The notes under the pieces were generated by a model. That model did not search any database. It was not told the origin of the DNA and saw nothing but the letters and a program-made list of their open reading frames with translations. A stretch of DNA of 32,000 nt from assembly GCA_000175855.1 (NCBI GenBank), contig ACYB01000004.1, positions 90,001 to 122,000 of the forward strand, given 5' to 3'. Source of the stretch: Raphidiopsis brookii D9. Lineage in GTDB: Bacteria > Cyanobacteriota > Cyanobacteriia > Cyanobacteriales > Nostocaceae. This document shows, piece after piece, positions 27,200-32,000 of this stretch. Position 1 is the stretch's first letter. Every line of letters begins with the position of its first letter. The position numbers and the translations under genes are program-made.

Positions 27200-28108
27200 T
27201 CAGGAAACAATTGCAATTAGATAATCACACCAACCACTACGCTTTAAATCCTCAGCATAAGCCCTCTCAGTTTCTTGGGAAAATATATGTGAATACTTCC
27301 TAAAACCACCAGGCTTTCCAGTCATAAGCCAATGAATGTGATTAGACAAGTCATATCGCTGCCCAGGAAATATTTCAAATGGACGGTCCAGCCCAGCAAG
27401 AACGTATTTCAGCGATTCTGGTGTGAAATACCAATGATGTGCCCGCCACCAATAAAACTTCTCAAACTCCGGAACTTTGTAAAACGAAATAAGAGGGTCA
27501 TTGCCATTGGGAACCTCAAACATCATTTTACCGCCTGGCTTTAAAAACGGTAAAAGCGACTTTAAAAATGAAAGTGGATCAGTGACATGTTCCAAAACAT
27601 AATAGTGCAACAGAATATCAAAATAACCAGTATGATCTCTGTTCAGTGCATCCATACTAGCCACGGTTTTTACACCTTTACTATTGGCAAAGTCACGATA
27701 CTGATGACTTAACTCCACACCGATCACCTCACAACCACTATCTTGTAGTGGTTTCAACATGAACCCAGATGACGAACCAATTTCTAAAACTCTCGAACCT
27801 GCTGGACATAGTTTGTCAAGCCAGGGTTTGCGCAACGGCATTTCTCGGGATGACAACGACTTAAATTGACTTTCTGGATCGCTCCAACTTTCGTCTCCGG
27901 AACGCTTAGCCATCCATTTATCAAACTCATTTTCGTAGAAAGCCTTGTCGTCTTCTCTAGAAGTAACGGGATAAAGATAAATAGCATTACAATCGTTACA
28001 CTGCCAGAAAGCTTGCTCGGAAACACCACCATAAACATCAGTTGAGCGAATCCTTTGATGGGGCTTACTTGAGTTGCATAGTGGGCATACTTGAGGTTCT
28101 AACTTCAT
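27200..28108 (-). CDS. class I SAM-dependent methyltransferase with N-terminal zinc ribbon
   Basis: CPLCNSSK...CNDCNAIY (4-Cys ribbon), motif I RVLEIGSSSGFMLKPL, post-I VIGVELS, and LKPGGKMMFEVP. Confidence 0.8.
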   Translation of the reverse strand: MKLEPQVCPLCNSSKPHQRIRSTDVYGGVSEQAFWQCNDCNAIYLYPVTSREDDKAFYENEFDKWMAKRSGDESWSDPESQFKSLSSREMPLRKPWLDKLCPAGSRVLEIGSSSGFMLKPLQDSGCEVIGVELSHQYRDFANSKGVKTVASMDALNRDHTGYFDILLHYYVLEHVTDPLSFLKSLLPFLKPGGKMMFEVPNGNDPLISFYKVPEFEKFYWWRAHHWYFTPESLKYVLAGLDRPFEIFPGQRYDLSNHIHWLMTGKPGGFRKYSHIFSQETERAYAEDLKRSGWCDYLIAIVS

Positions 28109-28307
28109 AATTATCGTCCTAATTGGCTAAACATTCACATTTCAGCAGCAAAATAGCAACACCCACTGGGATCTTCGAAAAATACAAATCTTATTAGGAA
28201 TGAGAATTAGATCTAAATTGTTTGATCCAAATTGTTTTGGGATTCAGGATTCGAAATAAGGTAACTAACCAAGGCGAGCTATTGCCCTAACAATTTTACA
28301 TATCAAT

Positions 28308-29258
28308 TTAGAGATTTGGTAGCATCTCTGAAGGAAGTGTTCTAACCCAATCAGCCATGACTTTTAAACCCGATTTTAAATCGGTTCTGGGAACCCAGTC
28401 TAAATCACCAACCAAGCTCGAATTATCCCCATAAATGCCAAATTGATCCTTTGGCGTTCCATCCCCAAAGGTAATTGGATATTCATCGGCTTTTTTCCCA
28501 AAAGCGTCTAAAATATAATCGATTAACTCCCATACATACGTCTTTGTTCCAGTTGACACGTTGTATATCTTTCCAGATGCTCTATTATCTAACGACTTCA
28601 CAAAAGCATCTACGACATCATCGACATAAATAAAATCACGAAATCTATCTTTGGAGCCTTTGACATGGATGGGAACATTCTTTGCAACGTAACTCATAAA
28701 TATGCTTACCATGCCCTGCTTCATATTCTTCATGTCTTGAAGAGGACCGTACACATTGAACAAGCGAAGGCATGTAGTATGAATCCCAAATCCCTGATAA
28801 ATCTTACATAGATATTCAGATGCCACTTTACCAACCGAATAAGGGGATGGCGGTTTTATTTCGGAATCTTCACTCACGGGGAGATTCAAAGGATCCCCAT
28901 AGATATTCATTGTGCTAGCAAATATAAACCTTGGGACTCTCTTAGCTAACGCCCACTTGAGTAAAAAAATTGTTGACAGTGCATTGGCCTTGAGGTCATA
29001 TGTCGGATTTTCGAAAGACAACTCTTGACCAACATGTGATGCCAAGTGAAATATCGCATCAACTCCGTTATCCGGGAGAAGAGAAAATGAATCCTCAGTC
29101 GTCAAGTCCATCCAGATAAAGTGAGCTCCTCCAGGTATGTTTCGCTCATGACCGGATGAGAGATTGTCAACCACTATTACATCCCACCCGTCATCAATGA
29201 GCCGCACTACAAGATGGGATCCAATGAAACCGGCTCCCCCAGTAACTATTGCCTTCAT
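28308..29258 (-). CDS. NAD-dependent epimerase/dehydratase (extended SDR)
   Basis: MKAIVTGGAGFIGSHLVVRLIDDGWDVIVVDNLSSG and catalytic YSVGKVASE. It overlaps the upstream gene by 4 nt (ATGA). Confidence 0.85.
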   Translation of the reverse strand: MKAIVTGGAGFIGSHLVVRLIDDGWDVIVVDNLSSGHERNIPGGAHFIWMDLTTEDSFSLLPDNGVDAIFHLASHVGQELSFENPTYDLKANALSTIFLLKWALAKRVPRFIFASTMNIYGDPLNLPVSEDSEIKPPSPYSVGKVASEYLCKIYQGFGIHTTCLRLFNVYGPLQDMKNMKQGMVSIFMSYVAKNVPIHVKGSKDRFRDFIYVDDVVDAFVKSLDNRASGKIYNVSTGTKTYVWELIDYILDAFGKKADEYPITFGDGTPKDQFGIYGDNSSLVGDLDWVPRTDLKSGLKVMADWVRTLPSEMLPNL

Positions 29259-30112
29259 TTTTCCTCCTTCTGTCGTAAGCGTGATTTAACTTCCCACACC
29301 CCGAATCTGGTTTCCAATTGTTGCACTTGCTCCATACCTAGTGAGCTTCGAACCTTTAGCTCATTATTAAAATATGCAATAGACACGTCATCTTGACAGA
29401 TTTTTTGATAATCTCCAGCAAGGGATTTTACCTTGCCCCATCTTTTTTTTAGGAAGTTCTCAGCTTCAATCGAATGTGATTGGCATACATTTCCCTCAAT
29501 AGAGTTGATTGCTTTAAGTCCAAGTTTTTTCCTAGTCAGGTTTATATATGCGGTGTCCGTATGGAGAAATGTATAGTATGCATCGTCAACCGCGACTACA
29601 CTACCATCTTTTAAAAAGGGATCGACCAGATTGAGCTCACCTTCCACATTTTCCCATACATGCTCACTGTCATGCATAGTAAAGTGTACAGTGTCTGTCC
29701 ACTCGGAAGTAATACCAATGCCTAAGTATGGAGATCGACTGTTGTAGCCAATAAGTTTCCAGACAGAATTAATATTGGCACTAAATAGAGTACAAATAGT
29801 TTCAACGCAGGCAGTACGAATTTCTGAACCTTTTTTCGAGTTAAAGTCCCATGTTAAAGCTAACCCATGGTGCTTGATTGCATAGAAAACTATCGCAATC
29901 GAGCTAGCACCAACACCTGTCTCAATCAAACATAGTTTTTCACCTGTTATGGTTGCACGATTACCCAAGTCATGAATTATGGTACAAATTGTAGCGAACT
30001 CAGAATCTGGAATTGAATTTATCCATCGCGGTAACAGCCGTTTTACAGAAATCAGATAATTAATCTCTTCATCTAAGTTTTTAGGACATGATCCTAGGAA
30101 AAAATCGTACAT
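29255..30112 (-). CDS. hypothetical protein, possibly Methyltransf_24/CmcI-like SAM-methyltransferase fold
   Basis: 285-aa ORF translationally coupled to the SDR gene. LCLIETGVGASSIAIVFYA resembles the E-x-G-x-x-x-G-x-S motif I of O-MT family 3/CmcI-type enzymes, and SVVAVDDAYY resembles the post-II strand. The assignment is weak. Confidence 0.4.
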   Translation of the reverse strand: MYDFFLGSCPKNLDEEINYLISVKRLLPRWINSIPDSEFATICTIIHDLGNRATITGEKLCLIETGVGASSIAIVFYAIKHHGLALTWDFNSKKGSEIRTACVETICTLFSANINSVWKLIGYNSRSPYLGIGITSEWTDTVHFTMHDSEHVWENVEGELNLVDPFLKDGSVVAVDDAYYTFLHTDTAYINLTRKKLGLKAINSIEGNVCQSHSIEAENFLKKRWGKVKSLAGDYQKICQDDVSIAYFNNELKVRSSLGMEQVQQLETRFGVWEVKSRLRQKEEK

Positions 30113-30275
30113 AGTAGTGACCTACATGAATGGTTATTTTAAGGGTAGCAGCGATAAAAAACTGACCTTGTTCAACAATGGGATGATTTAACCAAATTTT
30201 CAACGACTTTTAAATGGTTTCGCATCTCACTTCATCTTGCAAATATGCAACGCTAAAAAACTAGCCAGTTTAAAC

Positions 30276-31244
30276 CTAAAAGATTTCGGTATAATTTCGA
30301 GCCGGCTTCGCTGAGTCGAGTCCAATTATTGCGGCACGTCCCATTGCTAAAACAGCCTCCCCGGTGCTTCCCCCAATGTGTCCAGTGGCAATCAAATTAG
30401 GTAAATTGAGAAGTTCCAAATCCAGTGGTGGCTCTTCATTAAATACGTCTAATGCGGCTCCCGCCAAGTAGCCATCTTTCAAAAGCTGCTTGAGACCAGA
30501 CTCGTCTACAATCCCACCACGAGCAAAGTTAATGAGACATGCTCCTTTTTTCATTAGTTTTAACCGCTCAAGACTAAACATCTTGCGAGTGGAGATATCC
30601 AGGGGGAGATGAATGGTTACCACATCTGCATCAGAAAGAAGGTCTTCTAACGATACTGGAACAATGTCTTTGGCTATATAGAACTCTGCATAGTTCTTGA
30701 TATCGTGTGCGAGAATACGACAACCAAACCCACTTAACAAAATGGCAACCTCTTTACCAATGTGACCGCAACCGACTATGCCAACTGTCTTTCCAGTTAG
30801 TTGACGACCTTGTAATTGCCGCCATTGACCTGCTCGTACTTCCGCATGACTTTCGGAAGTTCGATGCAATAAGGAAATCGCAGCGGCAATAACCATTTCC
30901 GCCACAGAGCGCCTGTTTACCCCACCTTTCCAACCTAATTGGACTCCGTGACGATCCATAGCTTCAAGATCAATCGTGTCTAGTCCGACTCCATACTTGC
31001 TGATAACTTTCAATTGAGGTAGCTGTGCTAAAAGATTTTCGTCAATTTTCTCAAGCGCAGTGATGGCTTTGTCGTGACCTTGTAGAAACTCTACAAGGTC
31101 ATTTCCTGCCAATACTTGGCCAGATTCGTTAAATGTTACTTGTGCGTAACTGGCAAGAAGTTCTTGACGTAGATCGAAATGACGCGAAAACGAACGGGAT
31201 GTAACGGCAACTCGGCTAGTTGTATTAAGTACTTTATTAGCCAT
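30276..31244 (-). CDS. D-isomer-specific 2-hydroxyacid dehydrogenase (phosphoglycerate dehydrogenase-like)
   Basis: NAD-binding motif GKTVGIVGCGHIGKEVA, ARGGIVDE, and catalytic His context LIATGHIGGSTGEA; 322 aa. Confidence 0.85.
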   Translation of the reverse strand: MANKVLNTTSRVAVTSRSFSRHFDLRQELLASYAQVTFNESGQVLAGNDLVEFLQGHDKAITALEKIDENLLAQLPQLKVISKYGVGLDTIDLEAMDRHGVQLGWKGGVNRRSVAEMVIAAAISLLHRTSESHAEVRAGQWRQLQGRQLTGKTVGIVGCGHIGKEVAILLSGFGCRILAHDIKNYAEFYIAKDIVPVSLEDLLSDADVVTIHLPLDISTRKMFSLERLKLMKKGACLINFARGGIVDESGLKQLLKDGYLAGAALDVFNEEPPLDLELLNLPNLIATGHIGGSTGEAVLAMGRAAIIGLDSAKPARNYTEIF

Positions 31245-32000
31245 AGGGAAGCACGTCTAAAAAATAGTTATTACAGATAGTACAAAACTCCTCAGAATTA
31301 TCGATCAGTGTGCGTTTCGGCAGACCTGCAGCGTCAAGCAAAATCAAGCTTAGTTGAGTACCAATATTCTTTTTATCTTTGCTAAGGGCAGCAAAAAACC
31401 TATCTCGCGGAACCTCAACCGTATGAAATCCTTCAGAATTTTTCATTAATGTGGGATGCATTCGATTAAAGTGATCATCGGAAACATGACCCAATTGCAT
31501 GGCGACGTGATTTGCAAGATCCATCCCTATAGTAACCGCAATTCCATGTGGAACAAAAAAATCAGTTGCAGCTTCTATAGCATGTCCAAAACTGTGACCG
31601 TAATTCATAACGTTGCGCGGACCAGTGTCAAATTCATCTGATTCAATAAAGGTTTTCTTTATTTCAAGCGATCGATTTATAAAATACCGAAGTAGATTAT
31701 GATCAGTTTTTAACTGATCCTGGACTGCGGCAATTTCGTCATAATGACTGGGCCCTGCAATTGCGTGAACTTTCAATATTTCTCCAATTCCCGAGCGAAA
31801 GTCGACTTCCTTAAGAGTTTTCAAGATATCAGGATCGATGGTAATCTGATTCGGTGGGCAATAGGTCCCTAGAATGTTCTTGACAGGTCCCACATTAATT
31901 GAACTTTTTGAGCCTATACAGGAATCAGCCTGGGCCAGGAGAGTTGTAGGATAAAACTCCCACGCCACCCCCCGTAGCAAAGTAGTTGCTAAAAAAGCTG
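31237..32000 (-). CDS. 3-dehydroquinate synthase family / sugar phosphate cyclase-like protein (5' end outside window)
   Basis: PTTLLAQADSCIGSKSSIN, KNILGTY, GIGEILKVHAI, DEFDTGPRNVMNYGHSFGHAIE and PHGIAVTIGM align motif by motif with E. coli AroB (PTTLLAQVDSSVGGKTGIN ... NLGHTFGHAIE ... HGEAVAAGM). The frame is open to base 32000. The stop overlaps the next gene's start by 8 nt. Confidence 0.8.
   Translation of the reverse strand, partial: AFLATTLLRGVAWEFYPTTLLAQADSCIGSKSSINVGPVKNILGTYCPPNQITIDPDILKTLKEVDFRSGIGEILKVHAIAGPSHYDEIAAVQDQLKTDHNLLRYFINRSLEIKKTFIESDEFDTGPRNVMNYGHSFGHAIEAATDFFVPHGIAVTIGMDLANHVAMQLGHVSDDHFNRMHPTLMKNSEGFHTVEVPRDRFFAALSKDKKNIGTQLSLILLDAAGLPKRTLIDNSEEFCTICNNYFLDVLPYG

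Noticed and set aside
28308-32000. DHQS-like gene plus methyltransferases as a mycosporine-like amino acid (DDGS/O-MT/ATP-grasp/NRPS) cluster
   Set aside because: No ATP-grasp or NRPS/D-Ala-ligase-like gene follows. The downstream genes are a 2-hydroxyacid dehydrogenase and an SDR, in an operon continuous with glycan genes. The part upstream of the window is unseen, so this is rejected only provisionally.
1-32000. Uneven HIP1 (GCGATCGC) distribution as evidence that 19.9-32 kb is horizontally acquired (I found none there by eye)
   Set aside because: HIP1 is also sparse in the presumably native left 5 kb (one site). Most sites in this window are in intergenic DNA, IS ends or the tandem repeat. 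The contrast is not statistically interpretable without genome-wide density.

Overview
Cyanobacterial chromosomal window: I counted about 17 copies of the HIP1 palindrome GCGATCGC by eye, coding is AT-rich, and DUF29 and Rpn/DUF4351-type accessory genes are present. A Nostocales-like origin is inference only. There are three zones. (1) 1-5.1 kb holds a family-4 uracil-DNA glycosylase (+). On the minus strand sits an unusually short (901 aa) RND permease, followed 18 bp later by an LpxB-related glycosyltransferase, with no adaptor gene in view. (2) 5.1-9.6 kb is an accessory/decay zone. It contains two DUF29 genes (one with a damaged start), an Rpn-type PD-(D/E)XK gene, a related gene killed by an in-frame TAA, an internally deleted gene remnant, and a complete 752-bp IS1-family element with an A8 -1 frameshift site. 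(3) 9.6-32 kb is a >22 kb, uniformly minus-strand surface-polysaccharide (O-antigen/EPS-type) cluster. It contains an IS-truncated galE, a GT4, a TviB/WbpO-type dehydrogenase plus AsnB-type amidotransferase, a Wzy-like membrane protein and two paralogous GT2 genes. It also has a CDP-glucose module (rfbF, rfbG, cupin epimerase, DegT aminotransferase), three to four SAM methyltransferases and a 606-aa orphan with a GT-B/TagF-like C-terminus. At the right end are an SDR, a 2-hydroxyacid dehydrogenase and a 3-dehydroquinate-synthase-family gene that runs off the window edge. The cluster is punctured by IS1-family debris: a truncated insA with a nested mini-element, and a near-identical inverted 63-bp solo end 6.2 kb away. 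It also carries a ~0.8 kb array of 150-179 bp tandem repeats with paired HIP1 sites. I recognised no rRNA, tRNA, CRISPR array or cas gene. I do not see a clear-cut novel multi-gene system. The best candidates for new biology are the DHQS-like/2-HADH/orphan sub-cluster, the 606-aa orphan, the CDP-sugar amination branch that lacks E1/E3, the docking-domain-less RND + LpxB-like pair, and the HIP1-bearing tandem repeat.
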